Part shown: positions 50,177 through 63,302 of the stretch, one piece after another
Layout of the letters: every line of letters begins with the position of its first letter
How positions within the stretch are numbered: position 1 is the first letter of the stretch
Assembly (NCBI RefSeq): GCF_003918875.1
Contig: NW_025767311.1
Span: 248,001-312,000, forward strand
DNA: 64,000 bases
Direction: 5' to 3'
From: Haliotis rubra
Taxonomy: Eukaryota
Made by a program: the position numbers and the translations under genes
Notes under the pieces: model-generated
Databases searched by the model: none
What the model was told of the DNA's origin: nothing
The model's input: only the letters and a program-made list of their open reading frames with translations

Positions 50177-51730
50177 GAATTCTGGTTAATTGTACCAGTT
50201 ATCAATACTGGAGAATTACAAATCAACAAAGTGTCAGTGAGGGCTCCGTACAAAGGTCAAGGTCACCGTAAGACTGAGAACAGATAACTGATGGATACAC
50301 AGCGTTGATAATACATATACTTGAGATCATTACAGTTTTCATTTCGGATTGTTTTCAGTCATACAGTCTGAGGACAGTCAAGCTGTGAAGTTTCACTGTA
50401 TTATCGGGCGTCCGGTGGCGTTTGGAGGTGTGCTGTAGTGTTGTGTGGCTTTTCGTGGCGTTGTGTTGTGTTGTGTTGTGTTGTGTTGTGTGACTTTTCG
50501 AGGCGGCGTTATTCAGAATTGTGTGGCTTTTACTTGTGGTATCGTGCAGGGCAAGAATGCAAGACTTCGCACTAGGAACATGGCAATGTCCGTATCCTCT
50601 CACCGGAGACACTGCCATTATCATCACCATCGACTCTTCCGGGCTCAGCCTTCAAGGTAGTGTGTGTGATATATAACTACGTTAAATGCGATGCCGAGTG
50701 GGTTGACAGGTGCAAGAGACGGACGAGATATGGGCATGAAACCTGCAGATAAGTCGGTGAAATGTACATCACCGAGGTGGCAGGTGCAACCACCAACACT
50801 GACTGCAAGGAACATACATTCTCACGTGCCTGATGGTGACAATAGATGAATTAGTTCCGATACTCAGACCACAGATCTGGCAGTACACATGGTTAGATCC
50901 AAATAGGTTTCTTTGTGTAATGTATGATAAGACGAGTACTGAGGGGTTCCGTGAGTGACAGAGAGTGACAGACAGACAGACAGATGCGGTAGGGAGGAAC
51001 AGGCCACATGCTCTCGTTTCTTTGCGAAGATTAACCATTAAAAAAGTATATTGTTTTAGATGACCCCGAATCGAAATGCTACACAGTGCAATACATTATG
51101 ATGATTGTACTGTGAAGGATTTCGAGTCGGGGGTCATCTCAAATGTTATGTATTTTTTAACATCTTTAATCATCGCAAAAACACGAGGGCCTGTGGACCA
51201 GGCAGCGAGAGGTGTGGAGGTACATGACAACGATAACAAGGGGTGTGTATGGTGCATTGTAAAAGCTACACACGCGCACGCACGTCCGGGCACGTTATCC
51301 TTGGAGTGAAGGTATCTCATGAAACCAAACCCAATCAAGATTGTAGAAGCAAATCAACATACAATGGAGGAAAGAAAACATATACTTTAAGTTATTCTAA
51401 CATACATTACAGGCAACCATCAGAGGTCAGAGAAGACCAGTACATCATCAATCTGGACACTAGAGACTCAACATACACAAGTGCGAACAAGAAACAGGAT
51501 GTGAAGGGTCGAGCATAGACACCTGGGTCCCGCTCTAACACAGCTATCATTACGCTAAGGTGATCGTAACCATCGTAACAAAGATTGAAGACTACGTGTG
51601 GTTGCGCTGCGATCGCTTTGCCAAACGGGCCACGGCTGATACTGCAGATGTCGCTTACATTGTCCCCACAGATGATGATGTAGGCAGTGCTGGCGACGTT
51701 GTAGAGCCTGCTGTTACAGCTAACCTTTGA
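50177..51730 (+). pseudogene. Candidate decayed exons of a single-pass membrane protein (TM plus Tyr-rich tail)
   Basis: Putative exon 50177-50267 (AG...GTAAGA) is phase-compatible with the acceptor TTTTCAG at 50358. A hydrophobic stretch follows, broken by a stop and (GTGTT)n, then broken Tyr-motif frames (YDKT, YDDC, YSNI, YIIN, YTSA). Possible last exon 51672-51730 (DDVGSAGDVVEPAVTANL*). No recognisable domain. Confidence 0.28.
51526..51632. mobile_element. GGCCCC-family palindromic MITE, degraded
   Basis: CTG|GGTCCCGCTCTAACACAGCTATC...GATCGCTTTGCCAAACGGGCC. Confidence 0.5.
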
Positions 51731-52799
51731 CTGCTACAGACATTTTGTTGACCTTGTTTAAATGGTTCTAGAAATGGCATAGATGGTATTATTGACAGAT
51801 GGTATAATAACGTATAAACTGGAATTGTCGCGACCTTTGTCGCAAGTGCTGTCAATGATATTGTCGGACACATGCCATACATATTGCCACAGACGTTGTC
51901 TTAAACGACTTTCAGTTGCAGTGGAGGAGTGCATGCCGATATATGCTGGTATATTTCATACCAGTTCCGTGTCTTGCAAGTAAGCATGGAGACTCAAAAT
52001 CAGATATATGTGTATCTCGCGTGCTCGTCAAGTAGTCGCCATCTTGATACAATACCAAGACTGTCTCCCGGCCACGACATCTCGCGAGGTATCGTGAGGT
52101 TTAGCGTGAGCTATGATCATTGTCTGCGGGAGTTTATAATGGAGATGCTACTTAATGTAGGAGTGTATATTGCTGATATAAACGAGATCTGACGCTAGGG
52201 CACATTAACGGATCTCCCTCACGTGTCGGTCAGGGTCTCACTGGATGCAGCCTGGTCACCAGGTTTGACCACAATGTCCCTACATCTGTCCGGGGACTCA
52301 TTCAGACGAAGATGCTGTTTTCTGCATCACTGAATTGTAGGTATAATACCCGCCCGTCACGAGTGATATAAATTCAGCATTATTACGTTCTGGGAATCAG
52401 CATCACTGTTGTGGTGATGCCAGCAGCATCGACCAGTGGCCATTACCGTTATTAAACAACGTAGACACGCTCGTGTGATCATATCTACATGTGATGAATG
52501 ATCATTGCTCTCTAAGGTGTTGGAGGAGGCGCTGGAAATTGATATCAGACATGTCAACTCAATCATGCCAGGAATTTACTCTTCCAATGAAATATACGAC
52601 CTTTACTGTAAATGCTGGGTATAAACGTTCGTATTTCCTCGATAAATATTTGTATATGTCTTAGTGAAAGGTCATTTTTATTAGCAAATTGCCTTTTCTT
52701 ACATTCCTATGATCGTATTTTGTCTTGTTTTGGTGATTTTCCGAGACATGCGTTATTGAGCGTCTGTATCTTTCTTCTTGGTGCACGGGTTTCGGGACC

Positions 52800-53058
52800 A
52801 TCAGGTTTCAGCGTTCTCCCCTCAAGCCAAAGACCCAGGGCCCCGTTCCTAACCGCAGTCGTAGCGCTACGACTGCCGTACCTCCTATACTGTAACATAG
52901 ACTTGCAACAGTATTAGCGCTGGGATAGCTTTGTGAAACGAGGCCCAGGTTCAATCGCCCACATGGGACAAATGTGTGAGCCCGTATCTGGTGTCTCCCA
53001 CCGTGATTTTGGTTGAATATTGCTGAAGGCGGCGCAAAATTACATTCAATCATTCACT
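52800..53058 (+). mobile_element. SINE family A, degraded and interrupted by the MITE
   Basis: GGTTTCAGCGTTCT...AAGACCCAG|GTTCAATC...CACATGGG...GAATATTGCTGAAGGCGGCGCAAAA. Confidence 0.72.
52839..52945. mobile_element. GGCCCC-family palindromic MITE with CAG TSD
   Basis: CAG at 52836-38 and 52946-48; splits a family A SINE. Confidence 0.75.
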
Positions 53059-53184
53059 TGACTACGCTCAGATAAGATCAGGGATATTGTTATCTATGAT
53101 TTGGATGGTTTAAATTTATAAAATAAGATATTGTTAAGAATATCGTCTTCTTTTTTGTTATTTCGGTATTCGTAAAGGAATTAA

Positions 53185-56100
53185 AGTACTCACCCGATCC
53201 TGGTCTTAACTATCTGATGAGAGTACTCCCTCTATCCTGGTGTTAACTATCTCATGAGAGTACTCCCTCTATCCTGGTGTTAACTATCTCATGAGAGTAC
53301 TCCCTCTATCCTGGTGTTAACTATCTCATGAGAGTACTCCCTCTATCCTGGTGTTAATTATCTCATGAAAGTACTCACTCTATCCTGGTGTTAACTATCT
53401 CATGAGAGTACTCCCTCTATTCTGGTGTTAACTATCTCATGAAAGTACTCACTCTATCCTGGTGTTAACTATCTCATGAGAGTACTCCCTCTATCCTGGT
53501 GTTAACTATCTGATGAGAGTACTCCCTCTATCCCGGTGTTACCTATCTCATGAGAGTACTCACTCTATCCTGGTGTTAACTATCTCATGAGAGTACTCCC
53601 TCTATCCTGGTGTTAACTATGTCATGAAAGTACTCCCTCTATCCTGGTGTTAACTATCTCATAAGAGTCCTCCCTCTATCCTAGTGTTAGTTATCTCATG
53701 AGAGTGCTCCCTCTATCCTGATGTTAGTTATCACATGAGAGTACTCCCTCTATCCTGGTCTGCGTTATCTCATGAGAGTACTCCCTCTGTCCTGGTGTTA
53801 GTTATCTCATGAGAGTACTCCCTCTATCCTGGTGTTAGTTATCTCATGAGACTACTCCCTCTATCCTGATGTTACTTATCTCATGAGAGTACTCCCTCTA
53901 TCCTGGTGTTAACTATCTGATGAGAGTACTCCCTCTATCCTGGTGTTAACTATCTCATGAGAGTACTCCCTCTATCCTGGTGTTACCTATCTCATGAGAG
54001 TACTCCCTCTATCCTGGTGTTAACTATCTCATGAGAGTACTCCCTCTATCCTGGTGTTAACTATCTGATGAGAGTACTCCCTCTATCCTGGTGTTACCTA
54101 TCTCATGAGAGTACTCCCTCTATCCTGGTGTTAACTATCTCATGAGAGTACTCCCTCTATCCTGGTGTTAACTATCTCACGAGAGTACTCCCTCTATCCT
54201 GGTGTTAACTATCTCATGAGAGTACTCCCTCTATCCTGGTGTTAACTATCTCATGAGAGTAGTACTCCTCTATCCTGGTGTTAACTATCTATCTGATGAG
54301 AGTACTCCTCTATCCTGGTGTTAACTATCTCATGAGAGTACTCCTCTATCCTGGTGTTAACTATCTCATGAGAGTACTCCCTCTATCCTGGTGTTAACTA
54401 TCTCATGAAAGTACTCACTCTATCCTGGTGTTAACTATCTCATAAGAGTCCTCCCTCTATCCTAGTGTTAGTTATCTCATGAGAGTGCTCCCTCTATCCT
54501 GATGTTAGTTATCACATGAGAGTACTCCCTCTATCCTGGTGTGAGTTATCTCATGAGAGTACTCCCTCTATCCTGGTGTTACCTATCTCATGAGAGTACT
54601 CCCTCTATCCTGGTGTAAGCTATATTATGAGAGTACTCCCACTATCCTGGTGTTAGGTATCTGATGAGAGTACTCCCTCTATCCTGGTGTTAGTTATCTC
54701 ATGAGAGTACTCCCTCTATCCTGATGTTAGTTATCTCATGAGACTACTCCCTCTATCCTGATGTTACTTATCTCATGAAAGTACTCCCTCTATCCTGATG
54801 TTAGTTATCTCACGAGAGTACTCCCTCTAACCTCATGTTAGTTATCTCATAAGTGTACGCCCTCTATCCTGATGTTAGTTATCTCATGAGAATACTCCCT
54901 CTATCCTGATGTTACTTATCTCACGAAAGTACTCCCTCTATCCTGATGTTAGTTATCTCACGAGAGTACTCCCTCTAACCTCATGTTAGCTATCTCATGA
55001 GAGTACTCCCTCTATCCAGATGTTACTTATCTCATGAGAGTATTCCCTCTATCCTAGTGATAGTTATCTTATGAGAGTACTCCCTCTATCCTGATGTTAG
55101 TTATATCATGAGAGTACTCCCTCTATCCTGGCGTTAGCTATCTCCTGAGAGTACTCCCTCTATCCTGGTGTTACCTATCTCATGAGAGTACTCCCTCTAT
55201 CCTGGTGTAAGCTATATTATGAGAGTACTCCCACTATCCTGATGTTAGTTATCTCACGAGAGTACCCCCTCTTTCCTGGCGTCAGCTATATCATGAGAGT
55301 ACTCCCGCTATCCTGGCGTCAGATATATCATGAGAGTACTCCCTCTATCCTGGTGTTAGGTATCTGATGAGAGTACTCCCTCTATCCTGGTGTTAACTAT
55401 CTCATGAGAGTACTCCCTCTATCCTGGTGTTAACTATCTCATGAGAGTACTCCCTCTATCCTGGTGTTAACTATCTCATGAGAGTACTCCCTCTATCCTG
55501 GTGTTAACTATCTCATGAGAGTACTCCCTCTATCCTGGTGTTAACTATCTCATGAGAGTACTCCCTCTATCCTGGTGTTAACTATATCATGAGAGTACTC
55601 CCTCTATCCTGGTGTTAACTATCTCATGAGAGTACTCCCTCTATCCTGGTGTTAACTATCTCATGAGAGTACTCCCTCTATCCTGGTGTTAACTATCTCA
55701 TGAGAGTACTCCCTCTATCCTGGTGTTACCTATCTCATGAGAGTACTCCCTCTATCCTGGTGCTAACTATCTCATGAGAGTACTCCCTCTATCCTGGTGT
55801 TAACTATCTCATGAGAGTACTCCCTCTATCCTGGTGTTAACTATCTCATGAGAGTACTCCCTCTATCCTGGTGTTAACTATCTCATGAGAGTACTCCCTC
55901 TATCCTGGTGTTAACTATCTCATGAGAGTACTCCCTCTATCCTGGTGTTAACTATCTCATGAGAGTACTCCCTCTATCCTGGTGTTAACTATCTCATGAA
56001 AGTACTCCCACTATCCTGGTGTTAACTATCTCATGAGAGTACTCCCTCTATCCTGGTGTTAGTTATCTCATGAGAGTACTCCCTCTATCCTGGTGTTAAC

Positions 56101-58292
56101 TATCTCATGAGAGTACTCACTCTATCCTGGTGTTAACTATCTCATGAGAGTACTCCCTCTATCCTGGTGTTACCTATCTCATGAGAGTACTCCCTCTATC
56201 CTGGTGTTACCTATCTCTATCCTGGTGTTAACTATCTCATGAGAGTACTCTCTATCCTGGTGTTAACTATCTCATGAGAGTACTCCCTCTATCCTGGTGT
56301 TAACTATCTCATGAGAGTACTCCCTCTATCCTGGTGTTAACTATCTCATGAGAGTACTCCCTCTATCCTGGTGTTAACTATCTCATGAGAGTACTCCTCT
56401 ATCCTGGTGTTAACTATCTCATGAGAGTACTCCTGGTGTTAACTCTATCCTGGTGTTAACTATCTCATGAGAGTACCTCTATCCTGGTGTTAACTATCTC
56501 ATCAGAGTCCTCCCTCTATCCTAGTGTTAGTTATCTCATGACAGTGCTCCCTCTATCCTGATGTTAGTTATCACATGAGAGTACTCCCTCTATCCTGGTG
56601 TTAGTTATCTCATGAGAGTACTCCCTCTATCCTGGTGTTAGTTATCTCATGAGAGTACTCCCTCTATCCTGGTGTTAGTTATCTCATGAGACTACTCCCT
56701 CTATCCTGATGTTACTTATCTCATGAAAGTACTCCCTCTATCCTGATGTTAGTTATCTCACGAGAGTACTCCCTCTATCCTGATGTTACTTATCTCATGA
56801 AAGTACTCCCTCTATCCTGGTGTTAGTTATCTCATGAGAGTACTCCCTCTATCCTGGCGTTAGCTATCTCCTGAGAGTACTCCCTCTATCCTGATGTTAG
56901 CTATCTCACGAGAGTACTCCCTCTTTCCTGGCGTCAGCTATATCATGAGAGTACTCCCGTTATCCTGGCGTCAGATATATCATGAGAGTACTCCCTCTAT
57001 CCTGGTGTTAGGTATCTGATGAGAGTACTCCCTCTATCCTGGTGTTAGTTATCTCATGAGAGTACTCCCTCTATCCCAGTGTTATGAGTATCTACTCCTC
57101 TATCCTGGTGTTAGCTATCTCATGAGAGTACTCCCTCTATCCTGGTGTTAGTTATCTCATGAGAGTACTCCCTCTATCCTGGTGTTAGTTATCTCATGAG
57201 AGTACTCCCTCTATCCTGTTGTTAGTTATCTCATGAGAGTACTCCCTCTATCCTGGTGTTACCTATCTCATGAGAGTACTCCCTCTATCCTGGTGTTAGT
57301 TATCTCATGAGAGTACTCCCTCTATCCTGGTGTTAGCTATCTCATGAAAGTACTCCCTCTATCCTGATGTTAGTTATCTCACGAGAGTACTCCCTCTAAC
57401 CTCATGTTAGTTATCTCATGAGAGTGCGCCCTCTATCCTGATGTTAGTTATCTCATGAGAATACTCCCTCTATCCAGATGTTACTTATCTCATGAAAGTA
57501 CTCCCTCTATCCTGATGTTAGTTATCTCATGAGAGTACTCCCTCTATCCTGGTGTTAGCTATCTCATGAGAGTGCTCCCTCTATCCTGATGTTAGTTATC
57601 TCATGAGAATACTCCCTCTATCCAGATGTTACTTATCTCATGAGAGTACTCCCTCTATCCTGATGTTAGTTATATCATAGGAGTACTCCCTCTATCCTGG
57701 TGTTAGCTATCTCCTGAGAGTACTCCCTCTAACCTCATGTTAGTTATCTCATGAGAGTACTCCCTCTATCCTGATGCTACTTATCTCATGAAAGTACTCC
57801 CTCTATCCTGATGTTAGTTATCTCACGAGAGTACTCCTTCTAACCTCATGTTAGTTATCTCATGAGAGTACGCCCTCTATCCTGATGTTACTTATCTCAT
57901 GAGAGTACTCCCTCTATCCAGATGTTACTTATCTCATGAGAATATTCCCTCTATCCTAGTGATAGTTATCTCATGAGAGTACTCCCTCTATCCTGATGTT
58001 AGTTATATCATGAGAGTACTCCCTCTATCCTAGCGTTAGCTATCTCCTGAGAGTACTCCCTCTATCCTGGTGTTAGCTATCTCATGAGAGTACTCCCTCT
58101 ATCCTGGTGTAAGCTATATTATGAGAGTACTCCCTCTATCCTGATGTTAGCTATCTCACGAGAGTACTCCCTCTATCCTGGCGTCAGCTATATCATGAGA
58201 GTACTCCCTCTATCCTGGTGTTAGGTATCTGATGAGAGTACTCCCTCTATTCTGGCGTTAACTATCTCATGAGGGTACTGTCTCTCTATCCT
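53185..58292. repeat. 5.1-kb array of a 37-bp unit (GAGAGTACTCCCTCTATCCTGGTGTTAACTATCTCAT)
   Basis: About 135-140 head-to-tail copies with no spacers; homogeneous and variant-rich blocks alternate. Confidence 0.98.
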
Positions 58293-58896
58293 ATCATAAT
58301 TTCTCAATTCCGTGAGACTACTTTTTCTCTGGCCTGGTATAATGTAATGCCGTGAGAATTCTCTCTTGATCCCTTTTTTATGATTTTATCGTTTTGTTGC
58401 ATCAATTATCATCATTATACAATCAAGAAAACAATCGCACCCGGAAGTCATTACTCACACCTTGGAGATATCAGGATACCGCCTGACATGTTGACCAGAT
58501 TCAACAATGGATGACGATACATTACTGCTTCACTTCATCAGGAAATGCTGGGTATCTTTGTTACTTCTGAAGATCAAATTTAATAGATGTATTACGATTA
58601 TTGAATCATTCTTTCAACATGGAGACAGAAAACGCAGCATCTTTTATATTAATGAGTAGTTTGATTTAGGTGTTCGTACAAGAACAAATCCATTCATATC
58701 AAAATATATGTGTGCATAAAACCATGCAAAGCCTTTGTCAGATAGATCATGCCAAATAACAAAAATATTTTAAACGTTTGAACTGAAGTTGATATCACGA
58801 TTGATAACTCACGATCGATTCCTTCTTTAAGGAGGGGTAAAAGAAAGAATACCAAGTTCGTATTTTATAAAATTGAAGTTTGAATATATGTTGTTA

Positions 58897-59290
58897 CATT
58901 TGTTTATGTCTATTTAACCATACACTTGTTTATGTCTATTTAACCATTACTCATTCCTACATTCGTTTATGTCTATTTAACCATTACTCATTCCTACATT
59001 CGTTTATGTCTATTTAACCATTACTCATTCCTACATTCGTTTATGTCTAGGGGCGGCGGGGGTAGCCTAATGGTTAAAGCGTTGGCTCGTCACGCCGAAG
59101 ACCCGGGTTCGAATCCCCACATGGGCACAATGTGTGAAGCCCATTTCTGGTGTCCCCCGCCGTGATGTTGCTGGAATATTGCTAAAAGCGGCGTAAAACC
59201 AAACTCAGTCAGTCAGTCAGTTTATGTCTATTTAACCATTACTCATTCCTGCATTTGTTTATGTCTATTTAACCATTACTCATTCCTGCA
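58897..59290. repeat. 37-bp tandem repeat interrupted by a SINE
   Basis: TTTAACCATTACTCATTCCTACATTCGTTTATGTCTA units on both sides of the SINE. Confidence 0.9.
59050..59219 (+). mobile_element. SINE family A
   Basis: A and B boxes intact, (TCAG)n tail, TSD GTTTATGTCTA at 59039-49 and 59220-30. Confidence 0.93.
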
Positions 59291-61314
59291 AAAGTTTGAA
59301 AAAAGTGGTAACTTTGCGTCAAAATAAATTGGTTAAGTGTAGACTGCGGTAAGAAATGAAATAATTTGCAACCACATTCCCTCGTCATTTTTAAAACGTT
59401 ATAAACGTCTCCAAGACAAAAGATTGATATAAAGTTCATTGTCAAAGATAATATGTCTAAGATACCCATCAGCATTTTTTAATCCAAAAATGTTTTAAAC
59501 ACATTTGGGTTTTTCTATAGACAACGTGGAAGTATTCTTTCCGTGCTGACTACGGGTGAAAACAGTTCATTTTTAAGAAAGACTACATACGACACATACC
59601 TTGTGCTTCTCATTTTAATTTTTAAATGCTTTCAAAAACTTAGAAATGACGTAGTACTTTTCAGTAAACAGAGCCTTTCATAAGATACGCTGTTACGTAT
59701 TATGTTTTCAGTGATCAAGTCATGCAGTTTCTGTAGCTGTTTTGTCATCCGATGGATAATCGAAACTGACTGTTTCATACTTGACGTTTTCTTAAAAAGA
59801 CAAATCTTCCCTTCCATCGTCCTCCCGTGATTTATAATAATACTTTCTACAAATGTGTAGCTACCTTTGACAGCAGTTTGAAAGGCCCCGTGTAGCTGCA
59901 ACAATATCTTTGCAGACACAAATTCTTATTATCAGTACAATCTTGTCTCTCGAGTAATAACAAATATTTTCAGGTATTTTTGCTTTATCTGTCTTTGGAA
60001 GATCAAGTTTCTAAAAAGCCAGGACACTCTGTCTCATGTTTCAGCTATGACCTCAACACTGACCTATTGGGGTCTTAAATAATTTATTAAATCTTAAGAA
60101 CTTTGAGCAATCAGATGTTTTCATCACAGATAATCTATTATTGACTATTTCTTTTTAGAATCCATAATAAATAGAAAGCTTTTTGGAAAGTATCGTCATT
60201 TTAGGATTCGGGAGTATTGGTTATTTGACATGGAAGATAAGACCGATTTTCAAAATGTGTTTCTGTTATGCTGTGTATGGTTACTTGCTGAGCAGATAAA
60301 CGTTCGTTTTTCATATTTTAATTACAACCAACATTTCCTCGGTGTTCAGAGTAAATGTTAAGACGGTCAGTTACCATTTTCCCTGTACACGTGAATCATG
60401 TTCTATCGTAAAAGTCTCGAAAAAACCTCAATGATCAAAGATGCCGGCAGTAGTTTATCAGGCGATATAGTACACTTTTTGCATCACTACGCCATTCCAG
60501 TCTGCCCCCTCGAAATCGAACGTACCCTTAGTAACCGACGTCACGATACAAATCAGTTGTCATTGCCTAGTACAGTCTCTTACAGTACATACACCTCCGT
60601 CGCACCCTATTCCTTGGTTTGCAGCTGGTCGGCTAACATCACTGGTGGAAACAGTACGTTTAATTTTTTTGGTAAAAATGTCTTAGATTGACCCATACTT
60701 AAACAGGGATACGGGATTGTTCGCTAACTCAACCTTTGGCGACAGTCCCACAATGCATCTGTGGAATGTCACGTGATTAGTCAGCTTCATCTGGGTGTAC
60801 TGATCTAAACATATATTGACAGTAGAAATGCTACGTTCATATTGCCACATATGGTTTACTTTAATTGCAGAGTTAAATATATGAGAAAAAAAGTTTAACC
60901 CAAACGTAATCCGTTTTCGAACTGCCAGCTGTACTTGGTTACGTGCGTCTTATCGTAGGAGGCAGACACGTCAATAGAACAGCACGTCAGTTAGCCCCGA
61001 ACGTGGATTGTTAATTTAGGTTAATGACACAGTGTCATTTTTCTGTTTGTTTTCTGAATTAGATTAATCGTTGATAAATATTAAATTTGTCATATTAGAA
61101 AAGAAATACATTTTTAACAAATATCTGTGATTGTGAAGCAACACAACTAGTGATAAAATTTTAACATGAATTTTATTACACGAAATGCCCATCCCTGCAA
61201 TATTACACGCAGCATAGTTATCTCCTTATACATCCTTGTAATAGTAATATACAACATGCACAATGCAATATAATAACAATCTAGGAAAAGAGTGAACAGA
61301 GCAAGAATGAAAAC

Positions 61315-61340
61315 GTGACGTCACGAGAGTGTGACGTCAC
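61315..61340. promoter_or_regulatory. Two perfect CRE/ATF palindromes
   Basis: GTGACGTCAC at 61315-24 and 61331-40; function unproven. Confidence 0.35.
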
Positions 61341-62309
61341 CTGTGTAATAGTACACGTTGGCGCTTCACATGACAACTATTTGAACTACCCCATCTCGCC
61401 CCTCCCTTGTGCTTTAACTATACTAGTTCAGAGTAAAAGTGTTCGTTATTACACTATGCATGGGGCAGAGGGAACTGTATTTCTTAATCCATACATTTTA
61501 CGTCCTTGTTTTTCTTAAAGTACAGAACGTACCATTTCAGAATATACCAAGAGAAATGCTTTAACGACCTCCTTTGAAACTATCACACATAGCAGCACCA
61601 TAACTATTGGAATTCCCCGATAGAACATTTTGACCATCGTGACCATAACAAACAGAAAGTGTCTCATCTATGAATATTCAAGTAACTGTGTGGAAGTCAT
61701 TTTTAAAGTCACTGTTTAATAGTATCTCAGGGACTCAGATCCTTGGATCAATTATTGGTCCACTAAAATCTCTCGAAAGGACCTACCAGACAAGATTCCC
61801 GTTTGTTCTTCGTTGATCAGCATACGAACAATGTCTCTAGTCTTCCAGAAGTAGTGAGAGATGCATCTTCATAAGAGGGATAATGTTTATATGTCGTTTC
61901 GGCGTTTTTTGTCTGTTGGTGTACACGCGATATGGTCTTGTTTCAAACACATTTTCCCTTTTCAATATTTCATGTCCCACGACCTAATCAATTACCGGTC
62001 ATTTATTACCGGTGGTCGAATGGTCATAGATTCCTGATGTACTAATAACAGAAAGTAATGACCCTCCCCTGGTGCTTGTCATAACTTGGATGATCCATGT
62101 TTTTAGATAAGATCCATGAAGACATAATGCAGTACTTCATATGTTATTAGGTAATGTCCATTTATTTCATATATTTTTCCCAAAAAATATTGATATTATT
62201 GTTTGCATGGCTGTGGTCGTTTGTTTTTGTTGGGTTTTTTCTTTGTTGTTTGATTATTGGTGAGGGGGTGTCAGTTTTTCATTTTATGTGATCGAGTGAA
62301 CCCTGGCGA

Positions 62310-62400
62310 ATAGAGTGAGGATTAATCCGATTTTAGCAGTATCCAAGCAATAACCCGGTGGAGAAGACCAGAAATTAGCTTCTACACTTCTAGCCCCTTG
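62310..62400 (-). mobile_element. SINE family A 3' fragment, degraded
   Basis: CGATTTTAGCAGTATCCAAGCAATAACCCGGTGGAGAAGACCAGAAAT. Confidence 0.55.
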
Positions 62401-62407
62401 ACTTCGG

Positions 62408-62672
62408 CTTGACGATCCCGGGTTAGAATTGATTTTCAGCACCCCATGCTTGTCGTAAGAGGCAACTAACGGGAACGGGTGGTCAGGCTCGCTGACTTGG
62501 TTGACACATGTCATTGTATCCCAATTGCGTAGATCGATCCTCATGATGTTGATCACTGGATTGTCTGGTCCAGACTAGATTATTTATAGACCGCCGCCAT
62601 ATAGCTGGAATATTGCTGAGTGTGAAGCTAAACAAATAACCAACCAACCAGCCAACCAGCCAACCAACCAAC
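62408..62672 (+). mobile_element. SINE-like family B
   Basis: GGGTTAGAATTG...CATGCTTGTCGTAAGAGGCAACTAACGGG...(CAAC)n tail. Confidence 0.9.
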
Positions 62673-63232
62673 CTCTCGTGTAGTTATGGTATTTAGGAGT
62701 CTTGTCTTTAAGCACCCCTTCGTGAACAATATCTGTAACCTCCTGTTTTGTATATAGCATTAAAAGTTTCGTTCGTGTTTGGCTTGCAGATCTTGTATTT
62801 TATATTGGGTTCAGTTCAAACCCAGTTAAAGGTCTACAATGTAGCGTAAAACTCTCTGGTAGAGCTGGCTAAACAGATCGATAATCAGAGATACCGTCGG
62901 AATAATTATTTCATTATTATCGATATGAAAATTGTGTCATCAATGATATTATATATTAAACTATTGTGATGAAATAGCATGTTCATTTACTCCGACAAAG
63001 ACACAAGGATAGATCTGGACTGTTTCTAAATTATGTTCAGGAAGGCCTTTTTGTGAGCAATCCGGGCCGAAGAATGTCGCCACTCGCCAGTGATGTGAAA
63101 TATGTCCATTTCTTACCGATTTTTTGTCATTTTTGCTCAAGGTTACTTGTACGATATTTATCGATAATCGAGCCATATTCGGTAAGACTACAGAATACCG
63201 GATACCTTCCGCCATCTTTGAAAGCACGCGAG

Positions 63233-63302
63233 TTTAGGGTTAGGTTTAGTGTTAGGGTTAGGGTTAGGGTAAGGTTTAGTGTTAGGGTTAGGGTTAGGGT
63301 TA
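63233..63302 (+). repeat. Interstitial telomere-like (TTAGGG)n tract
   Basis: About 11 units including TTAGGT and TTAGTG variants. Confidence 0.9.

Noticed and set aside
50769-50940. PHD-like Cys pattern YCQICG...CSQCWWLH on the minus strand
   Set aside because: Spacing is off and the remaining Cys ligands are absent.
53185-58292. CRISPR-like appearance (37-bp partly palindromic repeat)
   Set aside because: Units are contiguous with no unique spacers, there are no cas genes and the context is eukaryotic.
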